This document shows, in pieces, positions 37,565 to 50,425 of a DNA stretch of 64,000 bases. Position numbers and translations under genes: made by a program. How positions within the stretch are numbered: position 1 is the first letter of the stretch; each line of letters begins with the position of its first letter. The notes under the pieces are model-generated. The model was not told the DNA's origin and did no database searches. It saw only the letters and a list, made by a program, of their open reading frames with translations. Origin of the DNA: Magallana gigas. Lineage: Eukaryota. Location of the stretch: positions 18,724,001 through 18,788,000 of the forward strand of contig NC_088859.1 in assembly GCF_963853765.1 (NCBI RefSeq), in the 5' to 3' direction.

Positions 37565-37960
37565 GTGGGTAGGACCCAATAATAAAGTTAAAGAAATGGT
37601 CCGCCACGTTGAAATACTGAATGCAGATAATTAATATTCATATGATAAATATTCGTATAAATACTTGTTTTGATTTATCCCTATAATCTTTTAATTTAGG
37701 GCTAGGCCCTAATGTTATGGCACAGAAAAGGTCCACTTGTTGAAATACCCAATGCAGAAAATTAACAAAATTTCATATTGATACTTGCTTTGATTGACCC
37801 CGATGTCCTTTTAATTTAGAGATAGGACCTAGATGTAATATTATGGCTCGTTTAGAAAAGGTCCGCCCCATTGAAATACTGTTTGCAAAAAATGACCTTT
37901 CATTTTAGAGGTAGGACCCAATATTATAGTTCAAGAAAAGGTCCGCCTCGTTAAAAGAAC
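37565..37960. repeat. Diverged ~100-140-bp internal tandem repeats of the Ginger-like element
   Basis: Recurrent taggaccc...aaaaggtccgcc..ttgaaata motifs. Confidence 0.6.
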
Positions 37961-38515
37961 TGCATAGTCATGCATGAATGTAGTGAGTTTGTTATAGATT
38001 TTTATTGTGATATTTTTCAGTTGAACTGCGAATGTTGGAGTGGACATGAAACTGACTTCAGTGAAGGTTTTATTTTTTTAAAATGTACTCAGAGTTGTAA
38101 CACATTAACTGTAATAATATTTATATAAATAATTTTCATCGTAAAATATTTCAATTAAAGGGGCGAGACCAGATACATGTACATTTATATATATACATGC
38201 ATTGTGTCCTTAAAAATTAGTGTAATGTTAAGTAAAAGAAGTAGTGAATATATTAAAATTGAGTTTTATCCTATGACTTTTAAAAATGTGACAAACGCAT
38301 GAAATTCGTTGCAAACGGTTGTCCGTTTCGTTGAAATAATCTTAAAATATTAAGGTAGGTTTGTCCTTTATGTCTGACGATATCGATTTTCATCTAATGG
38401 CAATAAGAAATATGTGGGGGAAATAATGAATGATATTAGTGGGGGTAGCAGGCAGGAATCTAGAGTACCATTTTGCCGGAGTGTGAACATTTGGCTTTTT
38501 CACACAAATATTTTC

Positions 38516-38820
38516 CACGGGTGCACGAGGACAACCCCCCAACCCCCCCCCCCCCCCCCCCCCGTCTGAACCTTTGGTGAAGTTGACTTTTTTTGGATAG
38601 AAATTCTTTTACTTAAAGTCATGTACACAACATGTTCAATTTTAAATATCTAAAAATTAGTGGAAAATAAACGATTAATGTACCCCCCCCCCCCACCATT
38701 GCAAATGAAAATGAAAAGAGCATGTTGTGTACATGACTTTAAAGGAATTTCTACCAAAACAGTGTCAACTACCCCAGGGGTCTAAATTCGGGGGGGGGGG
38801 GCTGTCCTCAAGCGCCTGTG
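38516..38820. mobile_element. 305-bp MITE with ~100-bp imperfect TIRs containing poly-C/G
   Basis: cacgggtgcacgaggacaacccc...taaagtcatgtacacaacatg versus catgttgtgtacatgacttta...ggggctgtcctcaagcgcctgtg. Confidence 0.7.
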
Positions 38821-39092
38821 TTATTTTTTTTCTAAGAAGAAAATCAGATCCCTTTAATTTTTTTGCCAGCAGCAAAATGCATATACAGCCGAAGGAATAG
38901 GGCTTTTTACTAATCTTACATGTATGTTTTTAATTTCTTATAAGCAAATCAATTCCTTTGGATACTCCCCTTCCTTGATTATTATAGTCCTATCCAAATA
39001 TAAAGTTTCAAATAGAAAGAGGGATTGAAGAACTGAATAATTTATAATAATTAGCATAACTTTCACTTACAACTGTAATAATATGCCCTAGT

Positions 39093-39200
39093 CATAGGGG
39101 CGTCGTATCCCCCCCCCCCCCCCACTCTATCTCTCTTTCTCTATAAAGGTATTATTTATATATATGTCATAGAGAGAAGAGCGGATACGATGCCCCTGTG
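39093..39200. mobile_element. 108-bp mini-MITE with 7-bp TSD ccctagt
   Basis: cataggggcgtcgtatcc / ggatacgatgcccctgtg, with ccctagt on both sides. Confidence 0.75.
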
Positions 39201-39827
39201 CCCTAGTGCAAATAAAAAGTAGCAATGATATCGCTTGCATGTACCGTTGGAATTGAATTGTAAAGAATATTTGATTTTAAAAAGGGTAACGTTTTTAAGC
39301 GTGTATCGTATTGGAAAGATGTGCAAAAAGATGACGTTGGAAATGTCCATTGTTTACATGATTATTTCAAACAGTCAAACATCTGAAGGTGTGAACCCCT
39401 CACACCTGCAGGGTGGTGTGTGTATACAGCACCTGGTTCAAGCCATTGTTTAATTAATGACACCAATCAGTTTCATTTCCTGTTTATATAAGATAGACCG
39501 GCAAAACTAAAGTTAAAATGAGAATCCAGTTTTAAACAGTAATAATTTTTGTGATTTATTTGTGTTCACCAAGCTACATGTATAAGTATTTTCATTAAAA
39601 CTCTGGATTTGCTGAATATTTACTGACTCACCTCGGGTAGGTACTCCTTTATAAGAATTACAAAATAATACCACTTACTAAGTATTTTGTAACAAATTAG
39701 TCGAAATTGAAAAAATATAAATGAAAAAATATACCCCGGACCTTTAATGTTAGGCGGACCTTTTCTTATACGGGCCGGACCCTTTTAGAGCAAAGGCGGA
39801 CCCTAAATGTTAACATTAAGGGTCCGC

Positions 39828-39905
39828 CCGGACCATTTTACGGGGCGGACCTTAAATTATACGACATGTCGTATAATTTAAGGTCCGCCCCGTAAAATGG
39901 TCCGG
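39828..39905. repeat. Perfect 78-bp spacerless palindrome (right TIR plus an extra left-TIR copy)
   Basis: 39828-39866 is the exact reverse complement of 39867-39905. Confidence 0.93.
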
Positions 39906-41734
39906 CCGGTGAGAACCGGTAGTGACTGCTGATAAAACGGCCGACAAACCGACACATGTAAAAACAGCTTTAAACAAATGTCTTTTACCTTTAAAAAAAA
40001 AATAGTGTTGTTTCTGAGAAATCACGAGTACACATTTGTAAAATATACTAATCTTAATAATATTAATGAAATATTTTACCGGAAGAAGTAGAATTTTTAT
40101 TTTTATTTTTATTCTTAATTGCATGTATGAAATAATTTATGCAATTGTTTATACTGAAACGTTAATTCCATGTCAACTTACGAAAATAAAAAATAAAATT
40201 TAGGACCGCCTGTGACGACGAAAGTTACGAAAGTTACGACGAATCAAACAAAACAATCGAAAAACATCTCCATACATAGGTCAATCATCCCACAAAGTTT
40301 AGATAATTAATTTGTACTGTTTCTGGGATCTCGTGTTTGTCACGGGTCAGGTAAGGACGACCGGAAATGAAAAAAAAAACACATCGAGATACATGTATTA
40401 TCAATTTCTGTCATTCATGAAAAAATCAGGAAAATATATCCGGTCATCTCTGAGAGACTCTACCAACAAAAAAGGGAGAAAAAAAAGAAGAAAAAAATAA
40501 ACTACCACCACTATAAGGTTTCCCGTCGGAAACGAAAGACCTTAATAATGCTATAATTTGTGATAATATTAGATCAATGTATATAAACATAAACATGTAC
40601 CCTTATTCATGTATATCATAAATAATATATCAACTAGAAAAAAAACCCATTATGTCTTACAGAGATGAAAGAAGTATAAGCTATTCAATATTTCACATAT
40701 GCAACCCTTGTTGACCTTGCTGTACGTGCAAAGAAAACAAAGAGGGCGTGGGGAATCAGTTTCGAGTTCTTAAGTACAGGTTCACGTAAGAATCAGGCAA
40801 ACAGTGATAAGTCATATATTTCATATTGAGATGATAATTTACTTTGAGAACAGTATATAAAAGTGTTCTCAAAAAATGATAAAATTTTTAGTGAATCTTG
40901 CATAATTGTGAAGCTGTGTTACTAAAAATAGATCCACTCTGTCACAGTTTTTAAACACAATGAAAACACTACGGTATGAAGATCTGACAGGATTTTCAGA
41001 AATTCAGTGTCAATTCATTTATTCAAAAATGTTGGTATGAAGAGAAGACAATGCCCTCTTCTTTTTTCTAATGTTAAAGATGTAGTATCCCATTGGTTTC
41101 CATGGCAACCACGACAATAATGAGCCATACAGTCTTTAAAATTAGAGAAAAACGATCACTTTTATGTCTCTTTTTAAAAAAAACAGCAAACATATATGAC
41201 TGTGTATTATAAATAAATGAATAAAGGATATTCAAATTTCCCCCCATGCATCAAAAATTTTCTGGGGAAAACACTGTATGTAGTCCAAATAATGTAGCTA
41301 CCATCATGGTAATTACATAAATACAAATATTAGTAATTAAAGATGAAATCATGATATATCATGATAAGTACATAGTATTTCACTAGTTATCTTATTATAT
41401 AAATATCATAGCATTCTGAGATTCTTTTTTTATATTAGAAATTCAATTAACTTAATCATTAGTTATTGTTCTGTCTTCCTTGGTTATTAACCATGCAGCT
41501 AAATTTGTCTTTCTTAATGCTAATTACACATAATTTTTCTTGAAGTAATGAGATATAAAATTTCTTTCTTCTTTCTATACATGTATAATGGACAATCAGT
41601 GAGAAAGGGACATACATATATACTTATCTTCTACATAAATTAGTTATACATGTACATCTTATTACTGTTATATATATTAACATAGTTTTTTGACATTGAA
41701 AAAATTTGAGTGTGAAGTTCAAAGTTAGTTATTT

Positions 41735-41902
41735 CCTCATATACATGTAGCTTGTAAGCTCTTTATCTGTTGGAGTTGTTTTAGGTCCTAACATAATCAA
41801 TTGTTTTAATTTCTCTGATTGCCCTGGTGCAATCAGATTAAGCACTGAGTCAACACATTCTTCGACTTTTCTCTTGTTGAAACATTCCGTAAGATATATT
41901 CT
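41735..41902 (-). pseudogene. Coding remnant inside the TTAA element
   Basis: Open frame RIYLTECFNKRKVEECVDSVLNLIAPGQSEKLKQLIMLGPKTTPTDKELTSYMYMR, downstream of acceptor tttcAG at 41961; upstream frames are broken. Confidence 0.45.
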
Positions 41903-43244
41903 GCCTCATCAGTTCAGTTTGATGTTATGACAGGGTCTATGATTGTCAAAGTTCTGAGCCCTGAAATAGAAAGATTTAAAAACTAGAAATATTGTTACTT
42001 TTCATATGTAATGTAAAACAACATATAAATATTAATACACCAGTCAGGTCAATAAAGCCTAGATAAAACATTGATTCCTATTCCAGTCTGAAAAGAAAGA
42101 ATCAGTAGATAGGGAAAGTTGATGGTTGGGTGGATTGGTCTATGTTAGTAAAATTGAAGGTAGGGCCAATTGTGGAACCCTATTAGACACTATTAAATCA
42201 ATGTAATCTTAAATGAATTAATCAAAGAAGATTTGAACTTCTGCAATGGGATCTCAACCCATGACCATTTATGATACACTGAATGGTTTGGAATAGGGAA
42301 AAACAACAGGGGATACTTGCCAAACCATTACATAAATTAAATAGATCTTCAAATACCAGCAACAAATATAATTGTTAAGGGTTGGGGTGTAAATTGACCA
42401 ATGAATTATAAAAATATGGGATAAAAGATAACCCCCGGGCATTTGCATACCAAAGTAATCGCCACGTCTTATCATGAGCTGTATCAAAGAATTTACATGT
42501 ACCCGTACATTTAGGGGTGGGGATCTCTACTGGAACACAGCGAATTACCAGTATATATTGAGGGGGTGGAAATGACCTAATCATTATTTTAACCTTTGCA
42601 ATTATTTTATAAAATTATATTATTGGTCAAATATTGTTAAAAAGAAATTTCTAAAAGAGTGAAAGTGTTTTGATTATAATATACTTTTATCCACATCAAT
42701 ACCGACAGGTGTTCCATACCCCCAAGTTTAGTGAGGGGAAAAACCCCACCTTATTTTTACCCCACAATGAAAACAGCTGTAAAAAAAACCTACAATGTGG
42801 AACTTTTCATTCAAGATTGACTGGTGTTTTGTTTCAATTGAACATATATTAGTTTCTAATATACATGTACATGTAGGGATAAATCATTTTTCAATGTATC
42901 TGAAAACAAAGGGCAGTGTAAGGCTACTGCAGTACATTTATTCAAATCAAGATATGAATATAAGTTATAAGAACGCGCCTTTTATAATTAGACTTGTAAA
43001 TGAACAGATGAAAGCATACATTCGTAAAGTATGCAGTTATATTTGAGTGTCCGGATAATTGCCAAAATCAATCGCTTTGATGTTCTAAAAATAGATTCGG
43101 GGAAAACCAGTATGATCACCGATACATGTAGTGAAATATGCCAATAAAAACGAAAACTTCACTGCAGTTGTTAGTTAACTTATATCACTGTTTGAAAAAG
43201 CTTATTTCATTCAACATGTATAGCGTGGATATGCAATAATATAC

Positions 43245-43464
43245 CTGTATATAATGTGGGGTATGGCTTCCTTCGCTGTCCGCGGCTGGGTTGACAGGTT
43301 GTTTGTCGGCCATCACTAAGTTTTAAACTTTGCAGATGTCTTGTTATGTCTCTGCAACAATTACAAAGGGTCACTGGAGTTGTTTATTCTGGATCGGCTT
43401 TATACAGACTTGTGAAACTGTTTGCGTAGTGTCCCGAAACCGTGTAGTCTTCTCGAACTTCCAT
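43245..43464 (-). pseudogene. Putative first exon of the TTAA element's gene (one internal stop)
   Basis: ATG at 43464: MEVREDYTVSGHYANSFTSLYKADPE*TTPVTLCNCCRDITRHLQSL..., with donor G|GT at 43244. Confidence 0.4.
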
Positions 43465-44013
43465 TTTCGCGCACTAGCGTATGTAGCAACGAGACGCCAT
43501 CTAGCGACGATATTGTGAATCAACAAGGAAAGACAACCAGATTTCACTCGAATTTGCTAATTTTAACGGCAATTTTAACTCAAAACTCAAACTTTTCAAC
43601 ACTTTTTAAAATTGGAAATCATTGTGCTGAGTGAGTTTAGTTACTATTTATAATCAATTTTTCTCGTAAGGTTTGCTGTTTTTAGTAATTTGATAAAAAT
43701 ATATGCTATTTTACTAAGACTTGCACGGCGTCAAAATTGAGCGCCTTGTCAATATATCGGGCCCGTATTCAAAAACGAAACGGAATATTTCAGAATAATT
43801 TGGCATATACATTCTAAACATCCCAGTTTCTTGCTGGGTAAAATTTCGTTTTATTTTGCGTCTTATCACTTATCACAAAATTTCGATATTGCCTGATTCT
43901 TACGTGAACCTGTACTTAATTGTTCTGTTCCTTTCTAATCTTTACATATAATTAGAGGTTTATAAAAAAAAAAAGACCAGGGATAGAATACAAGAAAAAA
44001 AATGTCTACTTAC

Positions 44014-44027
44014 CCATATTGTAGCAT
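44014..44027 (-). CDS. GPCR 2 first coding micro-exon (14 nt, MLQY-G)
   Basis: ATG CTA CAA TAT GG|GTAAGT, paralogous to 21934-21947; phase 2; the intron 32833-44013 is 11,181 bp. Confidence 0.75.
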
Positions 44028-47000
44028 GATATAGCTGGTATATGTATATCAGGCCAAAGGTCTACTTCACCTATTGTAACACTCTATGTTTTTAGAGCAC
44101 ACACACTGGCAGCTAATGCAAAACGAGATATCACGGGAAACGTTCTCTGACGTAATCTATTTTCATCTGAAAGCGTAGAAATCATTTGCGCTGTTTCAGC
44201 ATTCAAAATCAGATAATCCTCTATCTCAATCTGCAGTGTAGAGCGAAAACGTCTATAATTATTTCATTAACGATTTATAAAAGAATGGATACGTGTTGCT
44301 TCTATATGAGTGTGCTCATATTTTTCTATAAGATTTTACATCGGAAAAACATCGTCAGCAATTTTTTGCAATTGAAATTTATGACGTTTTGATAATAAGT
44401 TCATTGATTCTAAATTTACAGATACATAATAAATCCATCACTAATTTCCCTGCATGTACATGGTAACGAGTGCGTCATGTTTATGCGAATTATAAATAAA
44501 TGAAAAATATAACCTCCAGATATAAAAATCACTTACATTTTTATCATGCAACTCTTAATCTGCGTGAAAATCTTGGTTTTTCTCATTTGAATAGTTACCA
44601 AGCAATGTCTTTTGGTCTCACTGTATATAAATGAGAATGTCAGTAAGAGTTAATATAGTTTATTTGCAATGAAATAATAACACATTACTGCGATAAAGGT
44701 CACCAAGAAATAAATGACTTCATTGATTTTCATAAACTCGCTGAGAATGTAAATTATGTAGAATGATGCTATAATTATCATTTACATTGGTGAATTATTC
44801 AGTCTGCATAGTTTTCTTTTAGATATCAAATATCACGGCAGCAAAATGCTTAAATAAATGGAATTTAAAGGAAAATGGAAGCTAATCTCCATGAACAAGT
44901 CAGTCATATTGAAGAGTGGCCGACGGTTGTGGCTAATTTTAAGACCATTTTAATCTTCTAAAAAAGAAGAGCCCTGTACATCGATGCATGAAAATGCTGA
45001 AAATTCAAAGTTAAAATATTTGAATGTTTTCTTCACTGAATAATCATTTACAGCCTAAAATAATCATAAAAGAATTTTTACAGTAGATATGATTAATTTT
45101 TTACCATCTAGCGTTCGTTACCGTGTCTGGCACAGTGATATAACGGTTCAAATATATAACAACCGACAACAATAGGACAAGTACATTTGTAATGTCTGCA
45201 TATACTTTAAATGATTCATTATTAGATCGTATCGTATGCAGCGTCAAGTCTTGCATCTAGCAAACATATTAGTACACTGAACATATTTATACCACTGCAA
45301 CATGATTAGCGTCTTACTGTCTTATACTAGTTATCCAACAATATATTCAGTTTGGTACTTTTACGTTCAAAATTGAGACCAGTATGATATTTACCAAGCC
45401 CGGATATTGTACTTTGCCCTTAGAAAAAAATCGTTAATTGATTATTAAAAAAAAAAAAGCTAACGTATTGAGCCTCGTATATGTATACCCGGATGATTTT
45501 TATGCTGAAAGTTCGATATTTCAATTTCACCAGTAATGTAATACAATGTAATGTAATGTAATCCTAATGTATACAGGACCCTGAATGTTTGGAAAACGTC
45601 TATCATATGTATGCTTCAGAAAAATTTAAAAGAGAGAAAATTCTATAATACTTTCAGTTGCAGGTGTTTTGATTTAAGGAATACCGGTAATAAAAATATC
45701 TTAGTACATTTAATGGAATCGAAGATGAACATGAAACCAATAAAGGGGTACATCAAGGAACTCTGTGTGGCACAAAATTAATCATTCATTTTGTGGCCGA
45801 CCTCCATACCAACGCCATAAAGTCAGCTATATTTATGACACCCATTTTAGTCGAAATATGTGCAGAAAGAGAACCTTTAAAGTTAAAAATTTCCCTCAAA
45901 ATTTATACTTCTTAAATAAAACGAAAGAACTTATGATCTCATTTCGCAGAAGCACGAGGTCTCTTACCAAATCATGGAGGGTGAAGATATTGAACGATTA
46001 AACAAAACAAATTACATGTATTGTACGTATTCATTAGCGACGTCCTTAAATGGGATGTGATTGGGAAAAACCTCTAAACGACTTTTTTGACCTTCGTAAA
46101 TTAAATCATGCAAATGAAAAAGAATTGGTTCGAGTTTATAAAGCACAAGCGAGAACAATCTGCGAGTACGCATGCCAAAGGAGTCACCTCACCTGCCAAA
46201 ATATCTAATTGACAATATCAAATCCATCGCAAAATAGTGTTATGGAAATTATAAAACTTTTGCGTCCTTATGAAGATGTCATTAAAGACCTTTATCTAGA
46301 ATCCCTTGAAGAAAACACTCACAAAATCTTTCATTGTCATTCTCTAAGGTTTTGGAAAATCTCTAGGACAGATTAAACTGCCTTTGATTTGCCGAGAAAG
46401 TAAACAAGCAGTATTATAAGTTGATTAATTTATAGCTCTCTAATATTCAACAATCTAAAAAAAATAAATAAAACGTTTTAGCAGTCAGAGTTAGATTGCA
46501 ATTCTTTTTTTATATAGATTGATTGATTTTAAATATTCCTTATAAAATGATTTAAAAATCTTCTGGTACTTATACTTAAAAATAATATCAGTATCTAGGT
46601 TCCAAAAACACATCCCGAAACAGTTTCTATCATCATCATATGGCACATGTATTTCTAAGGTGTATTTAGATATTTGCAAGCAGGTTTCCTGGTTTAACCA
46701 TACTGATAGTAATAATACTTACTTGATCATCAGATACTAGTATCGGTCATTTTATATAGATTATATCAGAAAATATCATTATTATAGATGTCAGCAGATC
46801 TTGCTCTGAGTATATTACTTATTAGACCTGGTTTACGTTTCTTTAATGTGCATTCATCCCGATTATGTTTCAGTATACTAGTAACTAGAAAAAAAAACCT
46901 GTACAAAATATTATAATTCAAGATTTTAAGGAAAGGATGCAACGTATTTGAAAATAACAGCAAACTTATTTTACAATAAAAATAAAGTTAATCAATCGGG

Positions 47001-48505
47001 ATGTATATTGGTGTACTGATTACTAGAATGACATTTTATGCATGTTCAGCTTGCAAATGAAAAAAAACTAAGTAATGTAAAAAGTTATATTTTAAGAAAA
47101 CTTTACCCAATTGAGCTCAGTAAACAAAAATTATATGAGTCATACAGAATTATAACCTGTATTTTATTTTATTAGATCTATTTATGAAATGTCGACGTCT
47201 AACACACCCCTTTCATTATCAACATTTGTCAAAGTTTGACCATAGCCACCTTCATAAACAGACATGTTATCCAAATTGATAGAAATTGGAAATCATTGAA
47301 AAGGTATCACAAATCTTTTTACGAATTTAGTTGCACATTCATGAATCTCAAGACCATTTGAATATCTAATTCAACTAAATAGATTTAATAGGAAACTGGG
47401 GCGAAATAACCCATCTGTTGCTGTACTCTGATAAAAAATGATATATTTTTATCAAACTAAGCTGCTATTTGAACTCCAACAAACAGCTGGCATATCGAAG
47501 GTCTTCCGTTTCCAACGAAATACCTTAGAAGCGAATTTTAAAGAAAGGATATATCCCCCCACACTTTTTTTGTCCAGAGTATTTCTCAAAGATGACTTGG
47601 CAGATTTTTCTGAAATTTTTATAATGTAAGTGGTAAACAATAAAATTCCTCTGGCGTTTCTTGTTCATTTTCTTTAAAATTTGCTTCTGTTTGTCCGTTT
47701 CCGGTACCAAGTCAAAAACGTTGTTCCCTCGAGATCTCATCTTCGCTTGCCAAGCGTTTTCGGTCCACTCTGTTCCCAACATGGCTTGTGAGGAGAGTGC
47801 GGATCAGAAACCCTTCACTTGGGAAGATGTCGAGATCTTAGAGATGAACTTGAACATCCAAACTGTGTGGGTTATTAGACATATGTATGTAGAAGTGTTA
47901 AAAGTATATTGTTTGATTCGTCATAACTTCTGGTCGGTACATCAAGTACTTGAAAAAACTTATATGAATGATAGACATTTGATTGAAGATGTATTCAGCT
48001 GGTTTTATTTTGTCGACCGTCATTTCCGGTTCCCTTCGGCAGGGTTCAAACAAATCAAGGTGTTAATAGGTTTAACTGTTTTTTGGGGTTTTTTTGTTAT
48101 CCTGATAAACAATTATGTTCACTTATATACACGAGGATAATGTACAAGAAATACATAGAATCGAAACTGATATTCACCGATATCTCACCAGAAACGGCAA
48201 AGAATTGAACAACCGAACTTTGTAGAGTGATAGCCCTATGTATGAAACTGTGTTCAAACTAATTTGTTTAATTTGTCATAACCTCCTGTCGTCGAAGGAA
48301 ACTCAGAAATTGATTTTTGTTTCAATTTTTCTTTTACTTTGAAATTTACCTTTACATTTTCCTTTTATTTTTTTTTTTACATGAAAAAAGTATTTTAATA
48401 TAGAAAACTGCATGTACGTATCTGGGAACGGAAGACTTTGTTTATATGACAACAAGAGTCTAGTTTCTCATCTTTTCGTGTGTGTATGTATGTGGGGAGC
48501 AATTC

Positions 48506-48647
48506 NNNNNNNNNNNNNNNNNNNNNNNNNNNNNNNNNNNNNNNNNNNNNNNNNNNNNNNNNNNNNNNNNNNNNNNNNNNNNNNNNNNNNNNNNNNNNNN
48601 NNNNNNNNNNNNNNNNNNNNNNNNNNNNNNNNNNNNNNNNNNNNNNN
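48506..48647. other. Assembly gap (142 N)
   Basis: Run of N. Confidence 1.
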
Positions 48648-49427
48648 TTTGCGGCTGGGAACAATATATACTTGTATGATTCGCACGATGATGTTAACTT
48701 TATCAATTCTGCCATGAAAAAGGTATACTGCTGCATACTTGTGAGCTGTGATAATATTATTGATGCTCGCTCTTAAAAGTGGCAATGTCAATGGCAAGCG
48801 AATGTTATATATTATTGAAACTCTATAGTATACAATACTCAATTAACCCCAAAAAGTCTGTTTGTGTTGGATATCTCCCGAGTGTTTTATGTCTTTTCCC
48901 CGCTCTTCTTGTGTCAAAATTAACACTCTGTGTTTTAACACGTGTTTAAGACACCATTTCCTGACCGAGTTACAAAAGATTATTCAACGGTTGTAGTCAA
49001 GTCAGTACAAATTCATTCAATGACAATGTATGGTCGATGGAATTATGGTTGAATTATGCGATTACAATTAACATCGATAGTACCATGGTCAAGATACTAG
49101 CATCTAATTACATTCATGAAAATTCACGGTCAATGGCATTATGTATGGTTAAATAAACTAATGAAAAGTCATAGTCACTGATTTTAATTATTCTGTATCG
49201 ATTTTGTTTTCTATTGTATAACAGCGTGGTGTAATTTTGTACAAAATATTATTTATTTTCAAACAGATTTTATAATGAAGAGAGTGAAAAGAGAAGTACT
49301 CTTTCGAAGCTGATATACATGAAAATGGTAGTAATTGTTAGCCCTGTAAGTAATATATGTATCGTATACAATAAATCAAAATATACAAAAAAGTGTTGTG
49401 ATTAAATCTTGAACTAGCTTGATATGC

Positions 49428-49733
49428 AACAAGAGATGTTTGTGAAACACTTATGCCCCCCTCCCTTGGAAACATCCACAAAGAAAATGAACGTAAACTG
49501 CAAATAACTGGATTTTTCTATGTCCAATGGCCATAACTCTGTCGAAAATTGCTCGATCGTACCCAATATCGAACTTGACCTAGATGTTATCATTATAAAT
49601 CTGTATACCAATTTTATTTCAATATGTTCATCCTCTGCGAAGAAAATGAACCGAAACTGTTGGTGGACCGACCGACCGACAGACAGCAGCAAAGCAATAT
49701 GCCATCCCTTCTTCGAAGGTGGGGGCATAAAAA
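49428..49733 (+). mobile_element. Oyster 'pearl'/HINE-type non-autonomous Helentron with one Cg170-like satellite monomer
   Basis: aacaagagatgtttgtgaaac start, sub-TIR ttatgcccc/ggggcataa, (GACC)/(GACA) microsatellite and 3' hairpin; empty site in the paralog near 30235. The family name is from recognition. Confidence 0.8.
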
Positions 49734-49908
49734 TGAGTTATCAGTTCAGCTATCGAAGATGTGGATTTTTACAACTTTGGCAAGAATATCATTTCTTTCT
49801 TTCGTTACACAGGGGCCACGCCCGTTTTGACATTAATTTCAATGCTATGGTTACTAATACATTGAAATTAATGTCAAAACGGGCATGGTTCCAGTTTTTT
49901 TTTTATAG

Positions 49909-50037
49909 TAGCAAATCGTAAATGCAGAAATTGGCAGAAATATTGATCGTCAAAAATACATTTTTATCTGTTATAATAGCAAATCGTAAATGCAGAAATT
50001 GGCAGAAATATTGATCGTCAAAAATACATTTTTATCA
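49909..50037. repeat. 68-bp tandem duplication (2 copies)
   Basis: tagcaaatcgtaaatgcagaaattggcagaaatattgatcgtcaaaaatacatttttatc at 49909 and 49977. Confidence 0.9.
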
Positions 50038-50079
50038 TGCATACATATGTACAACGTCACATCACTATACCCATAACAA

Positions 50080-50425
50080 TTCATATCTCCCACTTCGGAT
50101 TCACACTTACTAAAAGTTTTAAAAGATAACCATGATAAACACAATAATAATTCATCATATGTTCAGACAAACAATCAATTATAATCAAGTTTACACTAAT
50201 CTTGTATTTCCGAATTCCTCCGATGATCAGAAAAATAATGTACATCTAACACTTCATATCTCCCACTTCGGATTCACACTTACTAAAAGTTTTAAAAGAT
50301 AACCATGATAAACACAATAATAATTCATCATATGTTCAGACAAACAATCAATTATAATCAAGTTTACACTAATCTTGTATTTCCGAATTCCTCCGATGAT
50401 CAGAAAAATAATGTACATCTAACAC
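50080..50425. repeat. Exact 173-bp tandem duplication (2 copies)
   Basis: The ttcatatctcccacttcgg... unit starts at 50080 and again at 50253. Confidence 0.92.

Larger units (their letters stand above)
35600..39866. mobile_element. 4.27-kb non-autonomous Ginger-like DNA transposon (TGTCG...CGACA termini, CCGG target)
   Basis: ~75-bp TIR tgtcgtataatttaaggtccgccccgtaaaatggtccgg with subterminal GGTCCG repeats; CCGG at 35596-35599 and at 39906-39909. Confidence 0.72.
34605..40546 (+). mobile_element. Non-autonomous Helentron-like element (HINE) interrupted by nested insertions
   Basis: 5' aataagtaggtgttccgtt resembles the reverse complement of the 3' gaaacgaaagacct. There is a 3' hairpin aaggtttcccgtcggaaacgaaagacctt and diverged internal ~270-bp units with (g)tga(c/g)aaccggaagt. 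The flanks align with the uninterrupted GPCR 1 intron. Confidence 0.55.
40774..43915 (-). mobile_element. 3.14-kb DNA transposon with perfect 27-bp TIRs and TTAA TSD, carrying decayed coding remnants
   Basis: TTAA|GTACAGGTTCACGTAAGAATCAGGCAA ... TTGCCTGATTCTTACGTGAACCTGTAC|TTAA. The empty site aligns with the GPCR 1 intron (gagtt...ttgttctgttc). Confidence 0.88.

Noticed and set aside
46400-48300. Coding-like ~2-kb insertion in the right spacer copy (ORFs 47525, 47661)
   Set aside because: All frames are broken and no motif could be assigned; probably a decayed TE, but not classifiable without a search.
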